Positions 39,961 to 50,221 of a DNA stretch of 57,125 nt are shown in pieces. The position numbers and the translations under genes are program-made. Every line of letters begins with the position of its first letter. The stretch's first letter is position 1. Source of the DNA: a virus (lineage: Duplodnaviria > Caudoviricetes); the IMG/VR virus record IMGVR_UViG_3300027712_000036, positions 1 through 57,125 of that record, one strand, 5' to 3'. The notes under the pieces were generated by a model, which saw nothing but the letters and a program-made list of their open reading frames with translations, had not been told where the DNA came from and ran no database searches.

Positions 39961-40925
39961 ACAGACGCTAATTTCTTAGTTTTCAATTTTTGTTCAAGTG
40001 TGATTAGTTCATCCTGATTATCATCATCAGCTAAGAACTTAATCAAATCATCTTCATCTTTAGCTATTTCAAATTCACCTTCATAGACTTTACCTGTTGG
40101 TTTAATTCTATAAACTGAATGTGCTACAGCTTGTTTTACAAGATCTTTTATATGGAGCAGATTTTCCTTCATATCAGCAAATCTATTGAACACCTCTACA
40201 GGGTTAAGTCCTTGAAATTTACCATTTTTGAATTCTGTTTGTTTCAGCATATTATCCACTTGGTTGTAAACAACTTCTTCTTTAGTGTCTTCTGTTACAG
40301 GAAGTCCTAATAGTCTTGCAACTTTTCTCTTCTTCTCAGGAGTCATAGAATCAAACTTAACAATAGCTTTATTAATAAGTTGTTTCTTTTTAAAGATCAC
40401 TGCATTCTCAATCTCATCATCAGCTACATAAAATTGTGTATCTGCTGGAAACTCACCTCTTTCCCATGCCTGATAAGAAGAAGCAATTGTTGGATGCACA
40501 CGCAACCAAGAGAATGCTAATTCCTGAAAAGGAATAGTGAGATCAAAGTAATTGTCACCATCTAACAATTTAACTGGTTGTACATGCATTGAATCTTCTG
40601 TAGAAGTTGACAATCCATAATTCCAGAACTGAGAACGAGGTCCAAGATCAACATCTCCTAAAGCAATTTCTAACTTTTTTCTAAGTGCTGTTACACGCTC
40701 AGTTTCTAGTTCTCTTTCTAACTGATCTCCAATCCTGCGAATGTATGCAGCATTAGGATCTAGTCCTGTTCTATACTGACCATCAAGTTCCTTATAAGGA
40801 TACTTAAAAACTCCTGTACCAGGAATTCTAGTTAAGCCTTTCTGTGAAAGACCACCTTGCATTGTTTGCAACTGAGAGTTGTTGTACTCCTTTTTTAGTG
40901 TGGAGATTTTACCTGTTCTGCCCAT
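39957..40925 (-). CDS. Conserved crAss-like protein encoded downstream of the major capsid gene
   Basis: 322 aa; R.PGT, YRTGLD, FW...V.L.DG.N.FDL and HP.IA motifs; synteny. Confidence 0.55.
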   Translation of the reverse strand: MGRTGKISTLKKEYNNSQLQTMQGGLSQKGLTRIPGTGVFKYPYKELDGQYRTGLDPNAAYIRRIGDQLERELETERVTALRKKLEIALGDVDLGPRSQFWNYGLSTSTEDSMHVQPVKLLDGDNYFDLTIPFQELAFSWLRVHPTIASSYQAWERGEFPADTQFYVADDEIENAVIFKKKQLINKAIVKFDSMTPEKKRKVARLLGLPVTEDTKEEVVYNQVDNMLKQTEFKNGKFQGLNPVEVFNRFADMKENLLHIKDLVKQAVAHSVYRIKPTGKVYEGEFEIAKDEDDLIKFLADDDNQDELITLEQKLKTKKLASV

Positions 40926-40952
40926 AATGTAGTTATTTATTTGGTTTTATTA

Positions 40953-41100
40953 GCAGAGTGGATCCATTGAAGGAAATGCGATTAACATTTAGTCAATCCA
41001 TCACTCTGTATATTTAAGAAGAGCTCCTTAGGGTAGGATTATAAAGGAGCTCTTCTTGGTAGGGTTAACTCGAAGCAGTTCTTATGGTATGCTTTTGAGT
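40953..41100 (-). other. Three tandem hairpins 3' of the major capsid gene
   Basis: Stems at 40953-41009, 41016-41057 (perfect 14 bp) and 41068-41100. Confidence 0.7.
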
Positions 41101-41104
41101 ATTA

Positions 41105-42664
41105 TTAGAATTGTGGAATCTCTTCGATTAACACAGTACGTGATAAATCCTCAATGAATACATCACAACGGTCTTTCATCCAGATTTCATAACCAGGGAA
41201 TTTGTTTGCAGAACTCATACCTTGAGACTTAGCAAAACCTAAGTGGTGACGAGTACCATCAATATATCCCCAAGTCATAGAAGGAGCACCTTTCATTCTT
41301 ACTTCTCTGATGTTATTAGTCATAGAACCATCACTCATAGGACTAACATCAAATACCATAAATACTGGAGTGCTTTTCTTGTTTTGACCAAACTCCAAGT
41401 TTGATTGTGGCAAATCAAGTTCTTTCAAGTGAATAAGTTCAACACGACCTGTTTCACGAGTAACCATTGCATCAAATGCAAAGTTATAAGTGATGTGTTG
41501 ACCTTCTCCTTGCATGTAACGATTTCCAGAATCAGCCATGAAAGTCAAACCTGAATTAAGAGCATCGTTCTTCAAAGCTTGTTGAAATACATCAAACCCA
41601 GCTTCATTTGTATACATCTTAACTTTACGATCTTTAACATCCACACGTCTGTAGAACAAATCTCCAAACACTGAACGAATCAAATTAGCAGTGAACTCAC
41701 CACGATTATATTGTACTAAGTTACCATTGTTACGCATTCTGTGATAAACACCAGCAGATGTACGCTTCAATTCTTGCTTAGAACCATTTGTTTTAACAGT
41801 ACCTGGCTTAGACCAAATCATACGCTTAACTTTTAATTCAAGCATACTTTTACGCATCCAGAACTCAATGAATGGTTCCCATTTAACATCATTACGAGTT
41901 AAAGGAAGTTGATTTCTACGTTGAGGAGCATACACTAAGATATCAAGAGGTTTGCCAGAAGCATCAACCATCATTTTATCATCAGCCCACTCAGTGATTT
42001 TGTGCTCATAACCATATGCAGAACCTAAAGATTCAAACATTGTAATTTGCTCACCCAAACGAGGAAGACCTAATAAGTCTTGATCGAATTCACCAATAGC
42101 AGCATCAACTAATTCTAATTCAATACCTGTTTGTAAGAAAGTAGAACTTACGAAATCTACAGTTGGATTATCAGTCACCAAAGTGAAACTATATAAATAT
42201 CCCATGTTCCAAGGAACTGGATCTTTAATTACATAGAAACGAGGACCATACTGACGAGAACCTACAGAAACAATTGCATTTTTAGAAAACTCATTAGTAT
42301 CAAGAACAAGAGAAAACTCTTGACCATCAATACCTGGTTTTCCTAAAGCGTTATTTAATGTGCTATCAGGAATGTCAATGATCTTAGGGAATTTGTAAGG
42401 AACAGCTACTTGCCATTTCCAAGCATCACTATTATTATCAATATAATAAGGAGTGCTTTTATTAATCATGTCTAAGAAGTCATTGCTATACAATGAACTT
42501 TGAGTGTAAAGACTGATGATTTTTTTATCATAGTCAGCAGGTTCTGTACTGTGGAAGCTTTCTAAGTGATTAGAGTCTGTAAGTTTACCTACAGCACGCT
42601 TATCCATAGAAGCGACCCTTGCATACGTAAAACCAGTTAAGCCTGGGATTGTTTGAATTGCCAT
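41105..42664 (-). CDS. Major capsid protein
   Basis: 519 aa; follows portal and scaffold; distinct high-expression codon bias (CGT, TTC, AAC); size and TNEAG/G...GT motifs fit crAss-like MCP. Confidence 0.85.
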   Translation of the reverse strand: MAIQTIPGLTGFTYARVASMDKRAVGKLTDSNHLESFHSTEPADYDKKIISLYTQSSLYSNDFLDMINKSTPYYIDNNSDAWKWQVAVPYKFPKIIDIPDSTLNNALGKPGIDGQEFSLVLDTNEFSKNAIVSVGSRQYGPRFYVIKDPVPWNMGYLYSFTLVTDNPTVDFVSSTFLQTGIELELVDAAIGEFDQDLLGLPRLGEQITMFESLGSAYGYEHKITEWADDKMMVDASGKPLDILVYAPQRRNQLPLTRNDVKWEPFIEFWMRKSMLELKVKRMIWSKPGTVKTNGSKQELKRTSAGVYHRMRNNGNLVQYNRGEFTANLIRSVFGDLFYRRVDVKDRKVKMYTNEAGFDVFQQALKNDALNSGLTFMADSGNRYMQGEGQHITYNFAFDAMVTRETGRVELIHLKELDLPQSNLEFGQNKKSTPVFMVFDVSPMSDGSMTNNIREVRMKGAPSMTWGYIDGTRHHLGFAKSQGMSSANKFPGYEIWMKDRCDVFIEDLSRTVLIEEIPQF

Positions 42665-42694
42665 TTTAGTTATTTTTAATTATTGTTTAATTGT

Positions 42695-43963
42695 TTATAA
42701 AAACCATGAACTAGAATTCTTTGCAGCTGATGTTGAAGATTTGTTTCCACTTTTAGTCACCTGTCTTGCCACTTCACCAAAAAGCTCATTAGATTTTTTA
42801 CTAATTCCACTTTTTTGTATTGTAGAAAGCGTTGGATCTTTTTCTATAATCTTTAATAGAAGTGCCACTTTAACCTTCATCTCATGATTTTCTGGTCTCT
42901 TCAACTCTAAGATAGTTTTATCAAAATCTGTAAGTGTTTCTCCAGATGCTGTTTTATACTTATCTACCAATAGAAAATCTTGTATCTCACTTGCTAATTT
43001 AGGATTAATGGGAATACCATCAAACTCTTTTGTCTTTAACTTTTCTTGAAGAACAGCTTGGACATTATTTATATACTGACCTTTAATTGATTGTTTCTGT
43101 TGAAGCTCTCTTTCTGCTTGTTGCTCCATTTGTTGTAGCTTAGCAGCTTCTTTCTTCACTAATACTTTATGATGTTTAGCAGCCACTGTTTCAAGATCAC
43201 CGTAGTTCTTTAATCTTTCCACTTCTGTTGTTATATCTTCAGGATCAAACCCTTGTTCAGTTAATGCTTGTTTCAGCACTTGTATTTGATTATGTTCCTG
43301 AGTAAGATCTAATTCTGCAAAACTTGATACATTATTATATGCACTGAAATATTCTTTAGGATCTACACCTTTTACAAATATGGCTTCAAATGCTTGTTGA
43401 TAATCTTCTCCAAATTGTCCAATGAAGTTATTAACCACTTCAATAGCTCCCTTCTTTTTCTCAGCTTGGAATCTTTCAAGGAATTCCTCAGGAGTGGAGA
43501 TTGTTACATCTTCTTCATCTTCATCTTTAGAAAATACACCAAGTTTAAATAGATCATTAGAAAGAGCAGTGAATCTACTAACTTCTTCAGGTTCTTCAGT
43601 TTCATCAGCATCTTCAGTTTTTGAAGGTGCTTTTGCCTGAGGAACTATTTCTTCTTCCTCTTCCTCTTCATCAGCTCCTAATAAGAAATCTGATAGAGAT
43701 TTTTTAGAATCATCATCTTCACTTTTTTTATCTGTTGAATCATCTATAGTTTCACCTACAGATTTAACAGCTTTCTTTTTTTCAGTTTTAGAAACAGGAG
43801 GAGCAGCATCTTCTGCTGTCATCTCTTTAATATCATCAGGACTAGTTGTAGAAGTTTCAGGAGCCATTAAATCATTTAAAAGCTCTGCATTTCCAAGTCC
43901 CATTTCCATTGTATTCTCAATACTGAAGTTACCAAATGATTGGTTCTCTAAATTTTCAGCCAT
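42695..43963 (-). CDS. Putative capsid scaffolding protein
   Basis: 422 aa; very acidic low-complexity N-terminus and coiled-coil; immediately upstream of the MCP. Confidence 0.65.
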   Translation of the reverse strand: MAENLENQSFGNFSIENTMEMGLGNAELLNDLMAPETSTTSPDDIKEMTAEDAAPPVSKTEKKKAVKSVGETIDDSTDKKSEDDDSKKSLSDFLLGADEEEEEEEIVPQAKAPSKTEDADETEEPEEVSRFTALSNDLFKLGVFSKDEDEEDVTISTPEEFLERFQAEKKKGAIEVVNNFIGQFGEDYQQAFEAIFVKGVDPKEYFSAYNNVSSFAELDLTQEHNQIQVLKQALTEQGFDPEDITTEVERLKNYGDLETVAAKHHKVLVKKEAAKLQQMEQQAERELQQKQSIKGQYINNVQAVLQEKLKTKEFDGIPINPKLASEIQDFLLVDKYKTASGETLTDFDKTILELKRPENHEMKVKVALLLKIIEKDPTLSTIQKSGISKKSNELFGEVARQVTKSGNKSSTSAAKNSSSWFL

Positions 43964-43992
43964 ATGTAGTTGTATTTATTTGGTTTGTATTG

Positions 43993-44023
43993 TAAATGTA
44001 TATTAAAGGTTGTTAATAGCAAA
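43993..44023 (-). promoter_or_regulatory. Bacteroidota-type promoter for the scaffold/capsid operon
   Basis: Minus strand TTTG-N19-TACATTTA. Confidence 0.7.
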
Positions 44024-44081
44024 GAGATGTAATGATATATAAATCAATATTTTGCATAATATAGCATTAATATTTTTTACT

Positions 44082-44612
44082 CTAATCAGCTTTGTTTGTA
44101 ATTACGTCATTTATTAGCCTGAAACTCCTTATTGGAGCCACATCTGTTAATGTAACCTGCTGAATTTCAACTCCCCATTTCTTTGCTTCCACCCTTGCTT
44201 TCTTTGTAAGAATTACATCAAGTTCAGGATCTATGCATTTTTCTGCAGGAATTGATATCACAATATTTTTTATTATACTCATAGTCATATCTGATAGAGC
44301 ATCTTTAGCATCATACACTTCTAGAAGAAATGTTTTGACATCAGAGATTTTATATTTAATCACACCCTTCACTACAAAGTTCTGTTTATCAAGGGTATAT
44401 AAAGATTGAGCAGGTAGACTGATTGTTGTTACAACAACATGCTGTCTTAGTATTTCATCAGCAAAGGGAATCTTAAAATGTATTCCTGGATGTAAAACCT
44501 TTCTAAACTTACCAAAACTAAGCCTTACACCTTCTTCATAAGAAGGAATAATTACCACTGGAAGAAGTTGTTCTATCCATTGTACAACTAAGTCTACAAG
44601 TTTATCAAACAT
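44082..44612 (-). CDS. SPFH/band-7 (stomatin-like) domain protein
   Basis: II.SYE.GV...FGKF...L.PG.HFKIPF...Q...T.D...V.G.I.YKI.D...WGVEI..V.LTD is the SPFH signature. Confidence 0.85.
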   Translation of the reverse strand: MFDKLVDLVVQWIEQLLPVVIIPSYEEGVRLSFGKFRKVLHPGIHFKIPFADEILRQHVVVTTISLPAQSLYTLDKQNFVVKGVIKYKISDVKTFLLEVYDAKDALSDMTMSIIKNIVISIPAEKCIDPELDVILTKKARVEAKKWGVEIQQVTLTDVAPIRSFRLINDVITNKAD

Positions 44613-47197
44613 TATTTAGATTTTTTGTTTCTACCTTTTGCATTCTCTTTAGCTACAGCAAGATCATTAGCTTGATTTTCTCTAGCCACCTGAAGCTTTT
44701 CTCTTTCAATACTCATTTTATCAGAAGCTTGCTTGTTCTTAGAATTAATATCTGCAAGTTTCAATTCATAGTCTTTACTAGCTTTCACTTGCTCATGAGT
44801 TAACTTACTCATTTCCAATACATCAGGAACAGCATTTTGATTAACATCTTCACTTTCCACCTTACCATATCCTGTTGCAGCAATGATGGCAATCTCTTTC
44901 TTATTAATACGATCAAGTTCTCTTTGATAATCATCATGAGCAAGTTGTTGTTCATGTTGTTGTTGAGCTTGTTGTATTTGAGCTTGCTGTTGTTGTTGCT
45001 GAGCTTGTTGTTGTTGCTGCTGTAATTGCATTTGTTGATCTTGCATTTGCTCTTGTCTTTCCTTAAGTGTCTTAAACACCTTCTTCATTTGTCTTACACT
45101 CTTAGTACTGTAAAGTTCAATGATGTCATATAATGAACCACCATTCTGAATAACAGCCTGAGATAATTGTCTAATTTCTTGGAACATTTGTTGATCTTCT
45201 GGTCTATTTGTAGTGAACACTTTAAGATCTCTAAATCTAAGTTCAGAACCATTTATTTGTACAAATGCTGATTCTCCTTCAGACGTGATGTATGAAAGTG
45301 TGGATTGTGGTTTTTTAGCTTCTACATATAATGCTGCATCAATGATTGCTTGATATAGCTGACCCATTACATATTCATGTGCTACAAATAAAGGTTCTGT
45401 TTGAGAATAAGATTGTTGTATAGCTGTGTTAGTTCCTGTAGCTGATTCTGAAGCTGATACACTTCCCATTCTTTGTTTAGACATACCTACAAGTTCCCAG
45501 CACTCATTCTTCAATTGCATAGCAAGTTGATATCTAGATTGTATCTCTTGTGTTCTTGTAAGATCTATATCTCTAAACTGGTTGAATGAACTAGGACTCT
45601 TTAAGTTTTCTGGAGAATCATCAATAAACATAACCCCTCTATTACGTGCTTCCATTTCCCAAACATCTAATGCATCTTGAGCATCACCATCCTTAGGAAT
45701 AGGAATATGTCTTATAGATGTTAGATACACTTTACCCACCTCTTTTTCTAAGAGTTTATAAAGCTGGTTCATACATACATTATATAAAACTTGGAAAGGT
45801 TTCATTAAATCTACAAGAGATTTAGCCTCTGTATTCTTCACCTCATGTGTAAGTCCAAGGATTGGACAGTAGTTAAGTAGTTTGTATGGTTTAATGTGAT
45901 AGATGTCTGGACCAATCTTAATTCCTTGATACCACTCATTTATCCATCCCCATTCTAAAGAAATTTGTGTAGGAATAGTTCCACTCTTATATGTCTCATC
46001 AACAAGCATGGATTGTTCATTGTCCATTTCATCTGTATAGATGAGTTTTCCTATCTTCTTTTTAGAAATCCAATAAGCTCTAACCACTACATATTTATAA
46101 CCAAAGGAAGATACGTTTGATGTAAGTCCTAAGAAATCTTTAAGACCATCATTGTTTTCTTTCATCTCACTCTCAATAATCATTCTTGTCTGAAGGACTA
46201 ATGGATCATATGTATCATACATTACAGAATCTTGACCAGGAATAGCATCTGGATTTCCAAGATTGGATTCTCTAACATTGATCAATCCATAATCCTGGAG
46301 AGAAGATCTAAGATGATCTATCTCATCTTTTGTAATATCAGGAATGCTTTCAATGATTTCTGAAAGCTCCATCACCTGAACTATACCAGCTGCATAAGCT
46401 CCCTGAGCTCTACCAGTAGGATCAGAAATATACTTTCTATCAGGAGTGGTGAGGAACCATGTGTTCTTAGGATTAGCAACTTCAATGTTGAATCCAATTT
46501 TTGAATTATCTTCATATATATGATAGTATTCTCTTGCTGAAATTAATAAGTCTCTAAATGCATCTTCACTTTTTTCCTTTAGATTGAAGTCAGCTTTCTG
46601 ACATGTAAGAATATGATTGGCCCACTTCTCAGCTACAGATGTATAACTATCAAGTTGATCTTTCACATTTTCCATTGTCATCTGTTCCACCTGATCATCT
46701 TCTAATTCTTCTCCTTGCATTTTAGCTTTTTCTAATATCTTTTCTTTTGCCTGGTTCATTACAAACTCCTGGAGAATATTAGTCTTATATTCAAGCTCTT
46801 CAGCTTTAGAATCATCATCAAATGCCTTCACTCTAAATGTATCAGGTCTCTTGGAGATTTCTCCTACAAGTTCATTGATGGGAGTGGTGATGATGGAATA
46901 GTGTTTTACATATGCAGGAAGCTGAAGATCTGTAGTGAGCATATCTGTAAAACTCTTCACCTGTGGTTCCTGATAGAAGTCTTCCATACGTAGGATTCCT
47001 TTTACCAAGTCATAGTTTTTTACAAATGTATCTCTATTCTTTACATATTCAGCATAAGCTTTATTTGCAAAGTAGTCCATTGTATTTTTAATCCAACTTT
47101 CATCCTGCTTTTCTTTGTCAGTTTTAAACTGATCAGGGAATATATTTAAATACGCATAGCGTATAGTTGCATCTTTTGTATACCTTATAATTGCCAT
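44612..47197 (-). CDS. Portal protein
   Basis: 861 aa, coupled to TerL; HY.II...IN.LVGE, W.W.NE...G.KIG, SLVDLMKPFQ.LYN and G...QR.G motifs of crAss-like portals. Confidence 0.85.
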   Translation of the reverse strand: MAIIRYTKDATIRYAYLNIFPDQFKTDKEKQDESWIKNTMDYFANKAYAEYVKNRDTFVKNYDLVKGILRMEDFYQEPQVKSFTDMLTTDLQLPAYVKHYSIITTPINELVGEISKRPDTFRVKAFDDDSKAEELEYKTNILQEFVMNQAKEKILEKAKMQGEELEDDQVEQMTMENVKDQLDSYTSVAEKWANHILTCQKADFNLKEKSEDAFRDLLISAREYYHIYEDNSKIGFNIEVANPKNTWFLTTPDRKYISDPTGRAQGAYAAGIVQVMELSEIIESIPDITKDEIDHLRSSLQDYGLINVRESNLGNPDAIPGQDSVMYDTYDPLVLQTRMIIESEMKENNDGLKDFLGLTSNVSSFGYKYVVVRAYWISKKKIGKLIYTDEMDNEQSMLVDETYKSGTIPTQISLEWGWINEWYQGIKIGPDIYHIKPYKLLNYCPILGLTHEVKNTEAKSLVDLMKPFQVLYNVCMNQLYKLLEKEVGKVYLTSIRHIPIPKDGDAQDALDVWEMEARNRGVMFIDDSPENLKSPSSFNQFRDIDLTRTQEIQSRYQLAMQLKNECWELVGMSKQRMGSVSASESATGTNTAIQQSYSQTEPLFVAHEYVMGQLYQAIIDAALYVEAKKPQSTLSYITSEGESAFVQINGSELRFRDLKVFTTNRPEDQQMFQEIRQLSQAVIQNGGSLYDIIELYSTKSVRQMKKVFKTLKERQEQMQDQQMQLQQQQQQAQQQQQQAQIQQAQQQHEQQLAHDDYQRELDRINKKEIAIIAATGYGKVESEDVNQNAVPDVLEMSKLTHEQVKASKDYELKLADINSKNKQASDKMSIEREKLQVARENQANDLAVAKENAKGRNKKSK

Positions 47198-49224
47198 TAT
47201 GTAAACAGTTTACGTTTTTTATTATTAAACATTCCTCTCGATTCTGTAAATAGTGTGTTTTTCTTTTGTGATGCAAACATTGCTTTCACTCTATCATCTC
47301 CTGAACCACCTGCTCTTCCCATTATAGGATCCATCTTAAGTGCTTGAGCAATAGCTAGTTCTGCTGCTACAATTCTATCAAAGTTACCCTGATCATTATA
47401 TTGTATTATTTCTTCTAATAATGTAGGATCAAATATCTTATGTACACCTAATGTTTCTTTTATTATATTTCCTTCATCATCCTTTTCAATATGTACCACT
47501 TCTTCCATATACTTTTTAATACAATTGTGAAGATAGTCAATTATCTTCTGAGAACTTCTATGGACACCATATTCTCTTTTCACTGTTGTATTAGGAACCA
47601 CTTCCATAAGCCACTGTGGTTGTTTCTCAAGATAGTGAGCATCTCCTTTGGCCTTCATATATTCAATAAATGATATATCATCATTCTCACATAGTGTCCT
47701 TGCATTATAATACTTAATAAGAAATCTAGCTTGTTCTTCCCATGTTTCCTTCTTATCAGGTCTAGCTACATACGAAGCTACGAACATATCTTGATATTTC
47801 TCTCCTGTAAGATCGTGCATTCTTTTATAAACATAAACAGCTCCTAGAGAAGAACTATATGCAGACTTACCTTGTCTATAAGGATCCACTCCTGCAACAT
47901 ATAGTCCATATGTAGGATTGTCTATGGGAAATTCATATATAACAACAGGAGCATCCTTCATGTCACTATTCTTTAAAGGGAAGTTTGTTATAGGTCGTTT
48001 GTCTGTAAACTCATGACCTATTTTACCATCCTCATTGCTGAATAGAACAACAGGAGTTCCTGTTCTTTCTAATTGTGATAGTCTGTTCTTTTGTCTCTTA
48101 GCAGATTCTATATCAAAGATGTTTGTATCTTCATTCAGGAATATGTCATCCACTTCCTGAGGATAGTACATCTTCTCTTTTAAATAAGCAATCCTATCCC
48201 CTGCTTTTTTAAGTCTTTCTAGATTGGCATTTGTAATCTGTGTAGCTTTCTCTTCATCACTTACAAGCATACTTACATTATGAAGATCACTTTTAGTAGG
48301 TTGATTTAAATAGGCTCCAAGTGTACTTTCATTCTTGGCCTCCATTCTATACTTGTGAGAAATGAAAAGTCCATGCACACGTTTCTCATCCTTCTCATTG
48401 TTATATGTAAGGAAGTTAAAATTGTCCACGTCAAACATCAAGCTCTTTGCATCCATGAATTTCTTCATATCTCCACCTGTACCTGTAAGAATTGGAGAAC
48501 ATCCCCAACCAAATGGTGTAGTGAAACCTGGAACAGCAGCCTGTAATCCTCTTAAGAAATTCCCTTTACCTATCTCATCTATAATAAGCTTACGAGGTTT
48601 TGTACCTGCAATAGCCTCTTCATTATTACCCTCATCTAAGTTCCTGATAAGAATCTGTGAGAATGGTATTCTCTCTCCTGATTTAGTCTTTATACCTAGT
48701 GTCACTTGGTTCTTCCAGTTATCCTCTATCCTCTGCCACCTCCAAGCTTCTGGTAGGAAGTTGAGTCCTTTATCAATCTTATCTGTAATCAGTTTTATAT
48801 CTGGAGCATTTAGTCCTGCTATAATATTCTGAGAGTTTTCATCAAATGTAGCACCCCATGATATATAAGATGCTTCTATTACAGACTTTGCAAAACGTCT
48901 TATTCCTAATATAACTAGTCCTCGTTTCTCCTGTTGAGCCCTATCAATTTCATTTGTAACCACCCATTCATTATCTCTGAGGAATGGATTGGCATATTTC
49001 TGAGAGATGCGTCCTCTATCATCTATAATATCAACCTCTGTATGCCAGATGTTTAAGTGCCAATAGAGAAAGGGGTTAATATAAACCCCATTCATCATAG
49101 CTCCATTTAAACACAGCTCTTTATGAAAATCAAAGAATGCCTTATGTTCATCACTTTCCTTATCAGGAATACGTTTCTGATTTATAAACCAATCTTTATA
49201 ATCTATACTTTGTAGTTCAATCAT
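47197..49224 (-). CDS. terL: Terminase large subunit
   Basis: Walker A-like RRFAKS, Walker B LIIDEIGK, coupling motif GTGG, RNase H nuclease GVDPY and distal NFDR. Confidence 0.9.
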   Translation of the reverse strand: MIELQSIDYKDWFINQKRIPDKESDEHKAFFDFHKELCLNGAMMNGVYINPFLYWHLNIWHTEVDIIDDRGRISQKYANPFLRDNEWVVTNEIDRAQQEKRGLVILGIRRFAKSVIEASYISWGATFDENSQNIIAGLNAPDIKLITDKIDKGLNFLPEAWRWQRIEDNWKNQVTLGIKTKSGERIPFSQILIRNLDEGNNEEAIAGTKPRKLIIDEIGKGNFLRGLQAAVPGFTTPFGWGCSPILTGTGGDMKKFMDAKSLMFDVDNFNFLTYNNEKDEKRVHGLFISHKYRMEAKNESTLGAYLNQPTKSDLHNVSMLVSDEEKATQITNANLERLKKAGDRIAYLKEKMYYPQEVDDIFLNEDTNIFDIESAKRQKNRLSQLERTGTPVVLFSNEDGKIGHEFTDKRPITNFPLKNSDMKDAPVVIYEFPIDNPTYGLYVAGVDPYRQGKSAYSSSLGAVYVYKRMHDLTGEKYQDMFVASYVARPDKKETWEEQARFLIKYYNARTLCENDDISFIEYMKAKGDAHYLEKQPQWLMEVVPNTTVKREYGVHRSSQKIIDYLHNCIKKYMEEVVHIEKDDEGNIIKETLGVHKIFDPTLLEEIIQYNDQGNFDRIVAAELAIAQALKMDPIMGRAGGSGDDRVKAMFASQKKNTLFTESRGMFNNKKRKLFT

Positions 49225-49553
49225 TTTCTATTTTTAAGGAAGTCTTCAGCCATAGAGCTAAGTTCTCCCTTGCCTCTCACTTCCACCTTACTCTCTTCTA
49301 TTGTTCTAAGCTTCTCCACCACTTCCACTAGTGCAAGATAGTTCTTCATTGTCTCTTGAACAAATTTTCCTTGAGCTTCTATAGAGGCAATCACCATTGG
49401 TAACATTCCTCCTTTAGCTGTAGGCTTCCATTCAATCCTATCCTTCAGTTCATGAAGTGGATTGGCATTAACATATGCTTTCCAGGATGTAAGCTGTTGC
49501 TCTGCCCAGTCTAGCTCTGTATTAATGTATGTAGTTTTTTTTATCGTTGCCAT
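49221..49553 (-). CDS. Conserved helical protein upstream of TerL (possible small terminase subunit)
   Basis: 110 aa; overlaps the TerL start (ATGA); assignment by position only. Confidence 0.4.
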   Translation of the reverse strand: MATIKKTTYINTELDWAEQQLTSWKAYVNANPLHELKDRIEWKPTAKGGMLPMVIASIEAQGKFVQETMKNYLALVEVVEKLRTIEESKVEVRGKGELSSMAEDFLKNRK

Positions 49554-49554
49554 A

Positions 49555-49941
49555 TTAACATTTCCATTTTCTGAGACTCTTATTAATTCTACTATTTGGA
49601 TCGTTAGCTGTCTTGGATGATGTGAGTTTCTTTTTCATACCACTCATCCTAGCACAGAATGATCTTTTCCTAGGACCACCTCCTGGTTGTGGAGGTTTAA
49701 TATTATGTCCTTCAGCTTTTAATGATGCTCTACCTTTTGCATTCAATCCACCAGAAGGGCTCTTACCTTCTGCTCTTTGCCATGCACCTGTTCTAGCTTT
49801 CTTTATTTTCTTTTCCTGCTTAAGCATTTCAGCTGTGGGCTTTTTACCAGAACCTTTATTAGCTCTGATATTATCCCAAAGTCCTCTTTGTGAATAAGAA
49901 CCATCAGCTCTTTTAATCATTTGTTTCTTAATAGTCGCCAT
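49555..49941 (-). CDS. Highly basic phage protein (DUF6321-like C-terminal domain)
   Basis: AWQR.EGK.P.GGLN.KGR...R.SFCARM.G...DPNSRIN.SLR.W.C, plus an N-terminal GLWDNIRA module. Confidence 0.6.
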   Translation of the reverse strand: MATIKKQMIKRADGSYSQRGLWDNIRANKGSGKKPTAEMLKQEKKIKKARTGAWQRAEGKSPSGGLNAKGRASLKAEGHNIKPPQPGGGPRKRSFCARMSGMKKKLTSSKTANDPNSRINKSLRKWKC

Positions 49942-50215
49942 TATCTTCTTCTTTTAATATGTTATCAAGATCCATTCCTTGTTTAATAATTTCATCTATT
50001 TCAAAATCATCTGTATGTGGAACATCCATTTCAAGTTGGTTCTTATACTTAGTTATAGCAAACAATAGTTCTTTGTCTGTTATTCCCCATACATCTCCAT
50101 ATTCATCAAGAGATGTTGCAAGGTGTCTACCCATGTTATATTGTGGATAGAGAGATTGTAGTTCCTGTAAAATCTGTAATACTTGGTTGTAGTGGTTTAT
50201 TTTTTTCATAATCAT
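49928..50215 (-). CDS. Hypothetical conserved phage protein
   Basis: 95 aa, YP.YNMGRHLAT motif; overlaps the next gene. Confidence 0.6.
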   Translation of the reverse strand: MIMKKINHYNQVLQILQELQSLYPQYNMGRHLATSLDEYGDVWGITDKELLFAITKYKNQLEMDVPHTDDFEIDEIIKQGMDLDNILKEEDNGDY

Positions 50216-50221
50216 AATTCT

